A DNA stretch of 64,000 nt, from positions 1,394-65,393 of the forward strand of contig JAFGWL010000001.1 in the NCBI GenBank assembly GCA_016937175.1, given 5' to 3'. The notes beneath the pieces were generated by a model, which was given only the letters and a program-made list of their open reading frames with translations, made no database searches and was not told the DNA's origin. The position numbers and the translations under genes are program-made. The stretch is from Candidatus Mcinerneyibacteriota bacterium. GTDB lineage: Bacteria; Macinerneyibacteriota; Macinerneyibacteria; Macinerneyibacteriales; DSCS01. This document shows positions 49,496 to 58,405 of the stretch, one piece after another (the stretch's first letter is position 1; each line of letters starts with the position of its first letter).

Positions 49496-50368
49496 TTAAG
49501 CATCTTTTTTAAAGCGCAAGGCCTTGCGGATAGCCTCCAGATAGGGAGCGGCCTCAGGGTCTCGTTTCAGCCGGGACAGATACTCGGCGGCAAAGGCAGC
49601 CAGGGCTCCGGAGAAAAGTCCCAGAAAAAGGGCCATGACCATAATGAGTTTGCGGCGGGGCCGGATCCTGATATCAGGAACGAATGGGCTTTGAACAACC
49701 CTGTAGAGAGTATTCTGGTTGGTCCGGGCCAGGATGATCTTTTTGGTCTCGACAGCCCAGATAGAGGAGAGTTCTGACCTGAGCAGCGGGTCATTGGTCG
49801 CCTTCATCTCAGCTTTCAGTCGGGCGATAAACCGTCGGCTGTTTTCAGATTCCTTCATGATGATGAATTCGTTCAGGGATGTGAGGAGTTTATTCAGGAT
49901 GAGATAGGAGAGTTCGGGGTTGATGGTCTCCACGGCGATACTCAATGTCCCGTTGATGGTATCTTCCTTTATCATAATAAGCTGCCGGAGTGTTTCCAGG
50001 GTCCTGGTCACAGAGTCTTCTTTTTTCCCCAGAAGTCCGCAGATGTCATGAGCATCGTTAAAGTAGAAGAGGAAATCGGCGCTGTGCAGCGTACGCTTCA
50101 CGTTTTTGAGGTTTTCCCCGGTCAGAGAGGTGATGTCAGCTCCCACCATATAGGCCAGGTTGGTGAAGCGGCTCAGGGAAGATGCCAGGGGATTTTCATC
50201 GGTAGGAGCGATCAAGGCAGAAGCCCGGAAGGCTTTGGGAGAAAAGAGGGCGATGAGAAGCCCGAGGAGAAGGAACAGAGAGACCGCTTTTAAAACCAGC
50301 CCCTTGCGGCGGGCCAGGATCAGAAGGATCTCCCAGAGGGAGATCTCACCAGGACGGTCCGTTGTCAT
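49496..50368 (-). CDS. Wzz-type chain-length determinant/polysaccharide co-polymerase
   Basis: EISLWEI N-terminus plus TM, C-terminal P.VP....RPRRKLI.V..L..G TM. Confidence 0.85.
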   Translation of the reverse strand: MTTDRPGEISLWEILLILARRKGLVLKAVSLFLLLGLLIALFSPKAFRASALIAPTDENPLASSLSRFTNLAYMVGADITSLTGENLKNVKRTLHSADFLFYFNDAHDICGLLGKKEDSVTRTLETLRQLIMIKEDTINGTLSIAVETINPELSYLILNKLLTSLNEFIIMKESENSRRFIARLKAEMKATNDPLLRSELSSIWAVETKKIILARTNQNTLYRVVQSPFVPDIRIRPRRKLIMVMALFLGLFSGALAAFAAEYLSRLKRDPEAAPYLEAIRKALRFKKDA

Positions 50369-50841
50369 AACCGGCCTCCGATGATCAGAAGATTAGCGAC
50401 GACCATGTCAGGGGTCTCTTCGAAATCATTTACGGCCAGGGCCGCATATTTTAGGATGCTTTTCAGATAGGCAAGGGGCCTTCGGGCCTGGAGTGTCCCG
50501 TTTGAAAGAGTGAAGCGCAGCTGACCCTTATAAAAGACCTTTACATGGCTTTTTTTAAGAGAAAAGTCGTTTCCGATAAGGGACTGCTGTTCAAAACGAA
50601 GGACCTCATTGGACCAGCGGTGGGTGATGCGTGTCCCTTCCGGCTCCTCTCTCTCGCTCTTTACGCCGTAATAGTTGGTAAAATGGCCGACCGCATCCAG
50701 AACCGCAGCGATCCGGGCCTCTTCAGGGGAAAAGTGTCCGGGTTCGAAACAGGCCCCCTTCAGAAGAAGTATCTGAGGCGAAGCCGGAGGGGGCTCAGGG
50801 GAAACGGGATTAAAGATGACGGCGGATAAAATCAACAGCAT
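50365..50841 (-). CDS. Hypothetical exported protein
   Basis: Fills gap between purQ and wzz with overlaps; hydrophobic N-terminus. Confidence 0.5.
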   Translation of the reverse strand: MLLILSAVIFNPVSPEPPPASPQILLLKGACFEPGHFSPEEARIAAVLDAVGHFTNYYGVKSEREEPEGTRITHRWSNEVLRFEQQSLIGNDFSLKKSHVKVFYKGQLRFTLSNGTLQARRPLAYLKSILKYAALAVNDFEETPDMVVANLLIIGGRL

Positions 50842-51619
50842 TGATAAAAATCGCAAGTCCTTCTCCTTTCCCGGGGATTTCCCCGATTCTGGCACGGGTC
50901 AAAGCCAACGGATGGGTCCAGGGCAGAATATGAGCCTCAGGGTGGGGCATAAGCCCGAAGATCCGCCCTGTAGTGTCGCACAGGCCGGCCAGGCCGCCGG
51001 CGGTCCCGTTGGGGTTATAGGGGAACTCTTCTGTGGGGTTTCCATCGGGCCCTGTATAGTGCAGGACATCCTGTCCGTTCTTTTTGATCTCCTGAAATAC
51101 GGCTTCATCACGAAAGAGGATGCGTCCTTCTCCGTGACGGGCCGGAAGATAGAGGCGGTCGATTCCGCGGGTGTAGATACAGGGAGAGTCGGGATTGACT
51201 TTCAGGCTCACCCAGCCGTCATAAAAGTGGCCACAGATATTTTCTGTGATGGTCGCTGTCTGTGAGAAGATGACTCCTTCTGTTGCGGGGAGTAGCCCCA
51301 GCTTCATAAGGATCTGAAAGCCGTTGCACACGCCGAGGATAAGCCCGCCCTCCCGGACGAATGAGCTGAAAGGCTGCGAGAGGGTATGTTTTAACCTGGC
51401 AGCGAAGGCGCGTCCGGCGGCTATATGGTCGCCATAGGAAAATCCGCCGATGAGCATGAGAAGATGGGCTTGGCCCAGTTTCTCCGGGGCGGTGATAAGG
51501 TCATTGAGGTGTATCAGTTCCACGGTCCCGGCTCCTGCCATGCGGAAAGCGGCAGCACTCTCTTCCTGGCAGTTGAGGCCGTATCCGGTGATGATAAGGA
51601 TGTGAGGTCTAGCAGCCAT
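50810..51619 (-). CDS. purQ: FGAM synthase glutaminase subunit
   Basis: GYGLNC, GGFSYGD, GVCNGFQ, HGEG, NPNG, GLMPHPE. Confidence 0.94.
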   Translation of the reverse strand: MAARPHILIITGYGLNCQEESAAAFRMAGAGTVELIHLNDLITAPEKLGQAHLLMLIGGFSYGDHIAAGRAFAARLKHTLSQPFSSFVREGGLILGVCNGFQILMKLGLLPATEGVIFSQTATITENICGHFYDGWVSLKVNPDSPCIYTRGIDRLYLPARHGEGRILFRDEAVFQEIKKNGQDVLHYTGPDGNPTEEFPYNPNGTAGGLAGLCDTTGRIFGLMPHPEAHILPWTHPLALTRARIGEIPGKGEGLAIFINAVDFIRRHL

Positions 51620-54578
51620 GATTGCTCCTTTGGTAAGCCTCTTTGAGCTGATCACGGCCCAGAGAGAGCCACAGCCGGCCCTGGTTGAAAAGACGAAGAT
51701 CGGCGTGAGAAGTGACCCGCCCTATGCGAGATAAGGGAAGCCCCCGCATCATGTCTTCAACGTCTGCCGCTTGTTCGGGGGACAGGGTCATGAAGATCCT
51801 GCCGCCGCTTTCTGAAAAGAGCACTTCTTCCGGGGTAAGGGGCTCACCGGTAAGGAATTGGTCCAGGTGGACGTCCAATCCGAAAGAGCCGGCCAGAAGC
51901 TGAAGAGCCAGGGAAAGAGCGGCTCCGCCCCTGGAAGGTGTATGGGCCGACTGGACCAGAGCGGCATCGAGGGCGCGGTGATAGGCTTCATAAAGAGGAA
52001 GAAATCCTTCCCGGGGGGGAACGGGTACCTTTCCGCCTTTTTTCTTCAGATAACGGAAGGCGGCCGACCCGCCGAAATCCCGGTTTGTCCGGCCCAGACA
52101 GTAGAGGATATCTCCCTCGCTGACCGGTGCGGGAGTCACGGCTTTACGGTAGTCGGGCATCCTGGCGATGACGGAGAAGAGGAGGGTGTAGGGGATGGAA
52201 ATCTTTTTGCCTTCGAGAAAAGCATCGTTTTTCATCGAGTCTTTTCCTGATATGCACGGCGCACCGTAAAGCGGTGCGAAATGGGCCAGGGCACGGCAAG
52301 ATTCCACCAGGGCTCCCAGTTTCTCTTTTCCGTCAGGATTGGTCTCCGGGTGATAGACGGGGTCGGGCCAGCAGAAGTTATCCAGTCCCGCCATATGGGC
52401 CGGGTCGGCCCCTGTGGTGATGGCTTTGCGGACGGCTTCGTCGATGATGGCCCCTGTCCCTGCGTAAGGGTTCAGTTCACAATACCAGGGATTGACCCCT
52501 TCTGAGAGGACGATAGCGTCGAAATTTTCATAATCGGCTCCGGTGACAGAAGCATCGCTGTGAACGTCTCCCCGGATGCCTGTAAAAGGCTTGAGGACAG
52601 AGAGGCCCTTTACTTCATGGTCATAGGCGCGGTAAAGGCGCTCCCTGGATGAGAGCTCTTCGGTGGAGAGCAGTCCCAGAAAGAGGTCTTCGACATTAAG
52701 GGCCTCCAGGCCGGAAGGGTCCTCTCCCTGCGGAGGGGCGATTGCTTCCAGTTCCATCTGGGGAAGTCCGTTATGGAGGAATTCCATATCAAGATAACAG
52801 ACCGGATGGCTCCCGTGAACAGCGTGGAAAAAGCCGGTAGTGGTGAAATGTCCCAGGACTGTACACAGGACATCCCTTTTCCGGGCCAGGTCCATAAAAG
52901 CGTCCAGTTTGTCAGGCGGGACAGCCAGGGTCATCCGCTCCTGGGCCTCTGAGATGAGGATCTCCCAGGGCTGAAGCCCATGGTATTTCAAAGGGGCCCG
53001 GGCCAGGTCCAGCCAGGCTCCGCCTGTCTCGCGGGCCATCTCGCCCACAGATGAGGCCAGCCCGCCGGCCCCGTTGTCGGTGATGGAGCGGTAAAGGCCT
53101 CTGTCGCGGGCTTCTATGAGAAAGTCTGTCATTTTTTTCTGGGTGAGAGGGTCTCCGATCTGGACGGCCTGGACAGGGGAGGTCTCGTCCAGCTGCCGGG
53201 AGGAAAAGGTGGCCCCATGGATGCCGTCCTTGCCTATTCGCCCCCCTGCCATGACGATGAGGTCTCCCGGGAAGATCTTTTTTACTGCGCCATCTTCGCC
53301 GTGAAGTTGCCGGGGGAGAAGGCCTACAGTCCCGCAATAGACCAGCGGCTTTCCCAGATAACGCTCATCGAAGAGTTCCCAGCCCCGCCCGTATGGGATC
53401 CCGCTCTGGTTCCCGCCGTCGATGACGCCCTTGTGGACCCCTTCACGGATCCTTTGGGGGGGGAGGAGCCCTTTGGGAAGGGGGCCGTCATATTCAGGAG
53501 AAGCGAAACAGTATCCCCAGACGTTGATGTGGGGAACGGCTCCCTTTCCCGTCCCCAGGATGTCACGGTTGACACCGACGATCCCGGTCATGGCTCCTCC
53601 GTAGGGATCGAGGGCAGAGGGCGAGTTGTGGGTCTCCACTTTATAGCAGATATGATATTTATCATTGAAAGAGAGGACTCCGGCATTGTCTTCGAAGACG
53701 GAGACGATATGCTTACACTTCTTCATAGCTCTTTTTGTGGGTTCCTTGATCATGGTCTTATAGAGAGAATCGATCCGGTGTGTCTCTCCGGAAACTTCCT
53801 GATAAGTGATCAGGGAAGCGAAGATCTTATGTTTACAATGTTCGCTCCATGTCTGGGCAAGCATCTCGATCTCAGCGTCCAGGGGGGCTTCGCTGAAGCC
53901 GGCTTTTTGTCTTGTGGCCCGGACATCGCTTCGGTTGAAAAAGTCGCGGATCACGGCCAGTTCCCTTTTGTCGAGAGCCAGGTGGCGGGCTTCGTCAAGA
54001 GCGGCAAGTGCTTCATCATCCATCCCTGAGACAGGGATCTCCTCAACGCGGATATGATCACGGGCTGTGATGACGGGGATGGAAAAAGCAGAGGACTTCT
54101 GCCATCGGGGGCGCGTAAAGACTTCCACCTCTTCTATAAGGCGGTTGGCAAGGATTCTGTATCCCCACTCTTTTGCCTTTTCCTCATCGGGGAGGTCTTT
54201 TTCTTCCAGATCGAAAAGGTAGAGAAAAGAAGTGTAGACTTCCCCCGACTCAAAAGAACGGCCCAGAATCGCCGAAGCCATCTCAAGAGCTGTTTTTCCT
54301 TCGTTGTCCGTGACCCCGGGAAGGAAGCTGACCCGGTAGACAAGGGAAGGGGTATCCGTCTCATGGGTGATGACAGCTTCTTCTGTTACAGGATCCACAA
54401 ATTCGTTGACGAGGGGTTCCCACTCAGTGTCTGAAAGGGGAAGGTCGAAAGCGTAGAGTCTGCGGACCCGGACATTCCGGGGAAGGAAAGGGGCTTGCCG
54501 CTTAAAGGACTGCAGCACCCTGTCGCCTTTGAAATCTTGCTGTCCCTGTTTCAGCTTTATCTCAAGAAACCGTGTCAT
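51609..54578 (-). CDS. purL: FGAM synthase synthetase subunit (PurS-like N-terminal extension)
   Basis: LPGVTDNEG, QTWSEHCKHKIF, KVETHNSPS, DNGAGG, SEAQERM, DNFCWPDP, SGKDSMKN. Confidence 0.94.
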   Translation of the reverse strand: MTRFLEIKLKQGQQDFKGDRVLQSFKRQAPFLPRNVRVRRLYAFDLPLSDTEWEPLVNEFVDPVTEEAVITHETDTPSLVYRVSFLPGVTDNEGKTALEMASAILGRSFESGEVYTSFLYLFDLEEKDLPDEEKAKEWGYRILANRLIEEVEVFTRPRWQKSSAFSIPVITARDHIRVEEIPVSGMDDEALAALDEARHLALDKRELAVIRDFFNRSDVRATRQKAGFSEAPLDAEIEMLAQTWSEHCKHKIFASLITYQEVSGETHRIDSLYKTMIKEPTKRAMKKCKHIVSVFEDNAGVLSFNDKYHICYKVETHNSPSALDPYGGAMTGIVGVNRDILGTGKGAVPHINVWGYCFASPEYDGPLPKGLLPPQRIREGVHKGVIDGGNQSGIPYGRGWELFDERYLGKPLVYCGTVGLLPRQLHGEDGAVKKIFPGDLIVMAGGRIGKDGIHGATFSSRQLDETSPVQAVQIGDPLTQKKMTDFLIEARDRGLYRSITDNGAGGLASSVGEMARETGGAWLDLARAPLKYHGLQPWEILISEAQERMTLAVPPDKLDAFMDLARKRDVLCTVLGHFTTTGFFHAVHGSHPVCYLDMEFLHNGLPQMELEAIAPPQGEDPSGLEALNVEDLFLGLLSTEELSSRERLYRAYDHEVKGLSVLKPFTGIRGDVHSDASVTGADYENFDAIVLSEGVNPWYCELNPYAGTGAIIDEAVRKAITTGADPAHMAGLDNFCWPDPVYHPETNPDGKEKLGALVESCRALAHFAPLYGAPCISGKDSMKNDAFLEGKKISIPYTLLFSVIARMPDYRKAVTPAPVSEGDILYCLGRTNRDFGGSAAFRYLKKKGGKVPVPPREGFLPLYEAYHRALDAALVQSAHTPSRGGAALSLALQLLAGSFGLDVHLDQFLTGEPLTPEEVLFSESGGRIFMTLSPEQAADVEDMMRGLPLSRIGRVTSHADLRLFNQGRLWLSLGRDQLKEAYQRSNHGC

Positions 54579-54604
54579 GGTACGCTCCTTTGAAAAAATA
54601 AAAA

Positions 54605-54641
54605 TGTGTTTTCAGTATAAAGGGGGGCGGGTAAAAGTCAA
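54605..54641 (-). promoter_or_regulatory. purL promoter with downstream GAAAACACA motif
   Basis: TTGACT-16 nt-TATACT-GAAAACACA on the - strand. Confidence 0.7.
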
Positions 54642-54645
54642 GGTT

Positions 54646-55032
54646 TTATGGCAAGTCTGTTTCGGAGACTATGCGTATCCCGGAGGAGCTGTCATCGGCA
54701 AAAAGGGCTCGTTTGTCAGGGAGGGGGATATAGATCCTGTAGCTCTCCCCGTCGGAAATATAGACCAGAGGATATCCCCTGAGAAGGGGCGGGTAGGAAA
54801 ACGATCCCCCCGACTCCAGCTGGGAGGGGAGAAACCGTTGGTCATTGGCCGGATAGCGCCCGAAACGTGCGTAGAATTCTTCAAGGCCCTGACGGACCTG
54901 CTCCAGGGCCTCCCGGAAGAGGCCCTCACGAGCGGTCCGGCTCTCTGCTTTGAAGGAGGGGAGGGCATAAAAGAGAAGAAGGGTCCCCACGATGAGAGTG
55001 ACAAGCAGGTCGCTTAGCGTGAAGAGGCGCAT
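54646..55032 (-). CDS. Pilin/pseudopilin-like protein
   Basis: FTL.DLLV..hydrophobic helix, ALEQV..GLEEFY..FGRYP GspG/pilin-like core; downstream of pilD. Confidence 0.55.
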   Translation of the reverse strand: MRLFTLSDLLVTLIVGTLLLFYALPSFKAESRTAREGLFREALEQVRQGLEEFYARFGRYPANDQRFLPSQLESGGSFSYPPLLRGYPLVYISDGESYRIYIPLPDKRALFADDSSSGIRIVSETDLP

Positions 55033-55035
55033 GGA

Positions 55036-55800
55036 TCACCCTACAGGGGGAAAGAGTCCCATATACCAGGCCAGGAGGAGATCTCCCCAGAAATAAGCGA
55101 TTAAAGCTCCCAGGGATAGGAAGGGGCCGAAGGGAAGCATGGTCTCCCGGACGTTTTTACGCGTGATAAAGGCATAGAGATAACCGATAAGAGCCGCGCT
55201 CAGGGCTGCTGTGAGCAGCAGGATGATCCCGTTCTTCCATCCGATGAAGAAAGCCAGAAAAGCCGTGTAGTAGATGTCTCCCCCGCCCATGGCCTCTTTT
55301 TTATAGAAGGCCTTTCCCAGAAAAGCGATAAGCCACATGAGGGCGAAGAAGAGAAGGAAGGAGAGGATGCGTTCACCGATGATCCCCTGTCTGATATTAT
55401 AAAAAACTCGCCAGAGAAAGGCAGGGACAAGGACTTCCCAGGGAATGATCATATGAGTGAAATCGATCCATGTGACGATAAAGAGGGTGGAAAGAAGGAG
55501 GATCAGGTCAACCGCTGAAAGGGTGAGCCCTCCGTAAAGGTAGCCGGCCAGGAAGATAAGCCCGCCGGAAAGCTCCACCAGGGGATAACGCAGGGCGATG
55601 GGTGCCTTGCAGGCTTCACACCGGCCCCTGAGGAAAAGATAGGAGAGAAGGGGGATGTTGCCGTACCAGGCGATGGGGGTGCTGCAGGCTGGACAGCGAG
55701 ACCCGGGGCGCACGATGGAGAGGTCCCGGGGGACGCGGTAGATGACCACATTAAAGAAGGATCCGAAAAAAAGGCCGACGAAGAAAAAAAGAAACGCCAT
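55036..55800 (-). CDS. pilD: Prepilin peptidase/N-methyltransferase
   Basis: GSFFNVVIYRVP, SRCPAC, RGRCEAC, YPLVE, MGGGD, PFGPFL. Confidence 0.95.
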   Translation of the reverse strand: MAFLFFFVGLFFGSFFNVVIYRVPRDLSIVRPGSRCPACSTPIAWYGNIPLLSYLFLRGRCEACKAPIALRYPLVELSGGLIFLAGYLYGGLTLSAVDLILLLSTLFIVTWIDFTHMIIPWEVLVPAFLWRVFYNIRQGIIGERILSFLLFFALMWLIAFLGKAFYKKEAMGGGDIYYTAFLAFFIGWKNGIILLLTAALSAALIGYLYAFITRKNVRETMLPFGPFLSLGALIAYFWGDLLLAWYMGLFPPVG

Positions 55801-55822
55801 GTCTGCTCCCTTCGTAATGATC

Positions 55823-55855
55823 AAAAAAAAGCCCGCCCGCGGAAGCGGACGGGCT
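55823..55855 (-). terminator. Intrinsic terminator after major pilin
   Basis: AGCCCGTCCGC-TTCC-GCGGGCGGGCT plus T8 on the - strand. Confidence 0.85.
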
Positions 55856-55881
55856 CTCAACACCTCGGCTCAGACGAGCTC

Positions 55882-56304
55882 TCAGAGAGCGCTCATGGTG
55901 ATGCCGGTGGGGACAGACGTCACAACGGACGCTGTCTTGCCCACATCGATGATCACGGCATACTTGTCGCCCTTGACGCCCTTGATCTTGCCGACCAGGG
56001 TGTAAGCGCCGTCACCGTCGCCGTCAAAGCCCACTTCGGTCAGGTTGCCGGACATATCAGTCCACTCGAAATAGTTGGCGGAAATAGTCTGCAGCATGGC
56101 CAGTGTCTCGGGATAGTCACCCGGGAAGTCCATGGATGCATAGGATTCCATGGCCTGGATGAGGGACTGCATAGTAGCTACAGCAGCCCTTTCGGCAGCT
56201 TTCTCACGCACACGGGTGAAGTTCGGGATCGCGATAGCGGCCAGAATACCGATGATGGCGATGACGATCATGAGCTCGATGAGCGTAAAACCTTTCTTAT
56301 TCAT
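55882..56304 (-). CDS. pilA: Type IV pilin (likely major pilin)
   Basis: MNKKG|FTLIELMIVIAIIGILAAIAIPNF class III signal; own sigma54 promoter and terminator. Confidence 0.9.
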   Translation of the reverse strand: MNKKGFTLIELMIVIAIIGILAAIAIPNFTRVREKAAERAAVATMQSLIQAMESYASMDFPGDYPETLAMLQTISANYFEWTDMSGNLTEVGFDGDGDGAYTLVGKIKGVKGDKYAVIIDVGKTASVVTSVPTGITMSAL

Positions 56305-56338
56305 AAAACACCTCCCTTTCTTTGCTTACATATATTTA

Positions 56339-56354
56339 AGCAAGCAGTGTGCCA
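56339..56354 (-). promoter_or_regulatory. sigma54 (-24/-12) promoter of pilA
   Basis: TGGCAC-ACTGC-TTGCT exact consensus about 35 nt upstream of the start. Confidence 0.85.
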
Positions 56355-56476
56355 GAAACCGATTTTCCGGCAACTTCCACGATAACAGCAAATTAAAAAT
56401 CACCCCGGGCTGCTTTTCCCTTTTATAGTGTTACCGGATAACCCGTTTCCCGGATATAGTGTCTCCATAGGTTACA

Positions 56477-56899
56477 CTATAATTCCTTCCAGCTGGCGAT
56501 GACAGGCTCTGTGGTGACGAATCTGGGGCTTTTCATGGTGTCTGTGTAGAGAGCCCAGGTGTCTTTGTTGATGGCCCGGACCTTGGCGGCGATGGTGTAG
56601 CTTCCGGTGGCCGTCCCCTCAAACCCCAGCATCTCAACCGTCTCGCTTACCCGTTCGATCTCCAGATAGGGGATGATGACATCGATGAGTTCATCCACAT
56701 CCTGGGGATAGGAGAACTCCAGTTCCGCCGAGGCGTAGGCTTCCAGCGCCTTGAGGACCGCTTTCAGGGTAGCGGCTGTGGCGTGGATGGCACTCTTTTC
56801 CCGGACCCGGTTGAAGTTGGGGATGGCGATGGCCGATAATATGGCGATGATGGCGATAATGATCATAAGCTCAATAAGCGTGAAGCCGCTTTTTTTCAT
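56477..56899 (-). CDS. Second type IV pilin (paralogue)
   Basis: MKKSG|FTLIELMIIIAIIAILSAIAIPNF; similar length and core to adjacent pilin. Confidence 0.88.
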   Translation of the reverse strand: MKKSGFTLIELMIIIAIIAILSAIAIPNFNRVREKSAIHATAATLKAVLKALEAYASAELEFSYPQDVDELIDVIIPYLEIERVSETVEMLGFEGTATGSYTIAAKVRAINKDTWALYTDTMKSPRFVTTEPVIASWKEL

Positions 56900-57059
56900 A
56901 CACAACTCCTTTGTTTCTAAAATGATACTATAAGTGTAGCCGAAAATAAGCGCTTTTCAACAGAAAAGAGAGAGTTTTCGGAATATTTTTTCTTTTAACC
57001 GATAAGAAGAAGGCTATAATGGAAAGGGTGGAAAAGTAAAGTCGTATGGGAGGTGGATT

Positions 57060-57833
57060 ATGGAAGGATTGAAGGGGAAGGTGGTCTTCATCACAGGGGC
57101 CAGCGCCGGGATCGGCCGGGCTTGTGCTGCTCTTTTTGCCCGTGAGGGAAGCGATCTAATCCTGGCCGCCCGGCGGAGAGAGCGTCTTGTCTCTCTCAGG
57201 GAGGAGCTGGAGGGAGAGTACGGGGCCAATGTCCTTACTGTGGAGCTTGATGTCCGCGACCGGGAGGCTTGTGCAAAAGCCGTAGACGGGCTGGGAGAAG
57301 AGTGGCGGGCCATCGATATCCTGGTCAACAATGCAGGGCTCTCCCGGGGGATGGAGAAACTTCATGAAGGAGATATGGACGACTGGGAGGAGATGATCGA
57401 TACCAACATCAAGGGGCTCCTCACCATGACCCGCCTTGTGGTCCCCCTTATGGCCCAACGACGCAGAGGGCATATCATCAACATCGGCTCTATCGCGGGA
57501 CACGAAGTCTATCCCGGGGGCAATGTCTATTGTGCCACCAAGCATGCCGTCCATGCACTGAGTAAGGGACTGCGTATCGATCTGGTGGATACTCCTCTCC
57601 GGGTGACTGAGATCTCTCCCGGTATGGTGGAGACGGAGTTTTCCGTGGTCCGTTTTCACGGAAATACAGATAAGGCCGCCCATGTCTATAAGGGGCTGAC
57701 TCCTCTGACGGGGGAGGATATCGCCCGCTGTGTGGTCTGGGCAGCTTCCCAGCCGCCCCATGTCCAGATCAACGAGATCGTCGTGATGCCTGTTTCCCAG
57801 GCGACGGCGACCATCGCCCACAGGAGGAATTAA
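57060..57833 (+). CDS. SDR family oxidoreductase (YdfG-like)
   Basis: TGASAGIG, LVNNAG, NIGSIAG, YCATK, PGMVETEFS. Confidence 0.92.
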   Translation: MEGLKGKVVFITGASAGIGRACAALFAREGSDLILAARRRERLVSLREELEGEYGANVLTVELDVRDREACAKAVDGLGEEWRAIDILVNNAGLSRGMEKLHEGDMDDWEEMIDTNIKGLLTMTRLVVPLMAQRRRGHIINIGSIAGHEVYPGGNVYCATKHAVHALSKGLRIDLVDTPLRVTEISPGMVETEFSVVRFHGNTDKAAHVYKGLTPLTGEDIARCVVWAASQPPHVQINEIVVMPVSQATATIAHRRN

Positions 57834-58405
57834 GTGGGGTAGCCCTGGCACTTGCCCTTCTGCAGGCGGTTTCGGCCCTGATCCTTCCGGGCCCCCAGCC
57901 GCTCCAGGAGCATGACTACTGCGGAGAAGCGGCGTTGGTCTATCTGCTTGCCGTGGAGGGACGCTTCTACAGCCAGGAGGAGATCCATGACGATCTTCTG
58001 GGGCTTAAAGGGATCCCACGCGGGGCCTACAGCCGGGAGATCACTGAGGCGCTTGAACAAAAAGGGTATCGTTTGAAAGGGGCTGAAGTGTATAAGGAAG
58101 AAGGTCCGCGGGCCTTGACGGACGAAGAGGCCCGCTCTTTGGGAGAAACCTTCCGCAGGGCTCTGGATAAAGGCCATCCGGTGTTCATCGGGTGGTATCC
58201 CTGGATTGACCGGCAGAACGGCAAAAGAGGCCATTTCAGTGTCCTGGGCGGATATGACAGAGAGGACTTCTTTATCTATGACCCCCGGTACGGGGAGGCT
58301 GTTTTAGTGATCTCGCAGAAAACCCTGGCGGATCATCTTCTGCTTCCCACCCTGGACCGTACAGCCTGGGGGATCTTCTATTTTTATGTGGAGCAGGCGC
58401 CATGA
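57833..58405 (+). CDS. C39-like (papain-fold) cysteine peptidase domain protein; start uncertain
   Basis: In-frame upstream extension gives a hydrophobic leader plus QEHDYCGEAAL; downstream GHFSVLGGYD and IYDP. Confidence 0.6.
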   Translation, partial: SGVALALALLQAVSALILPGPQPLQEHDYCGEAALVYLLAVEGRFYSQEEIHDDLLGLKGIPRGAYSREITEALEQKGYRLKGAEVYKEEGPRALTDEEARSLGETFRRALDKGHPVFIGWYPWIDRQNGKRGHFSVLGGYDREDFFIYDPRYGEAVLVISQKTLADHLLLPTLDRTAWGIFYFYVEQAP

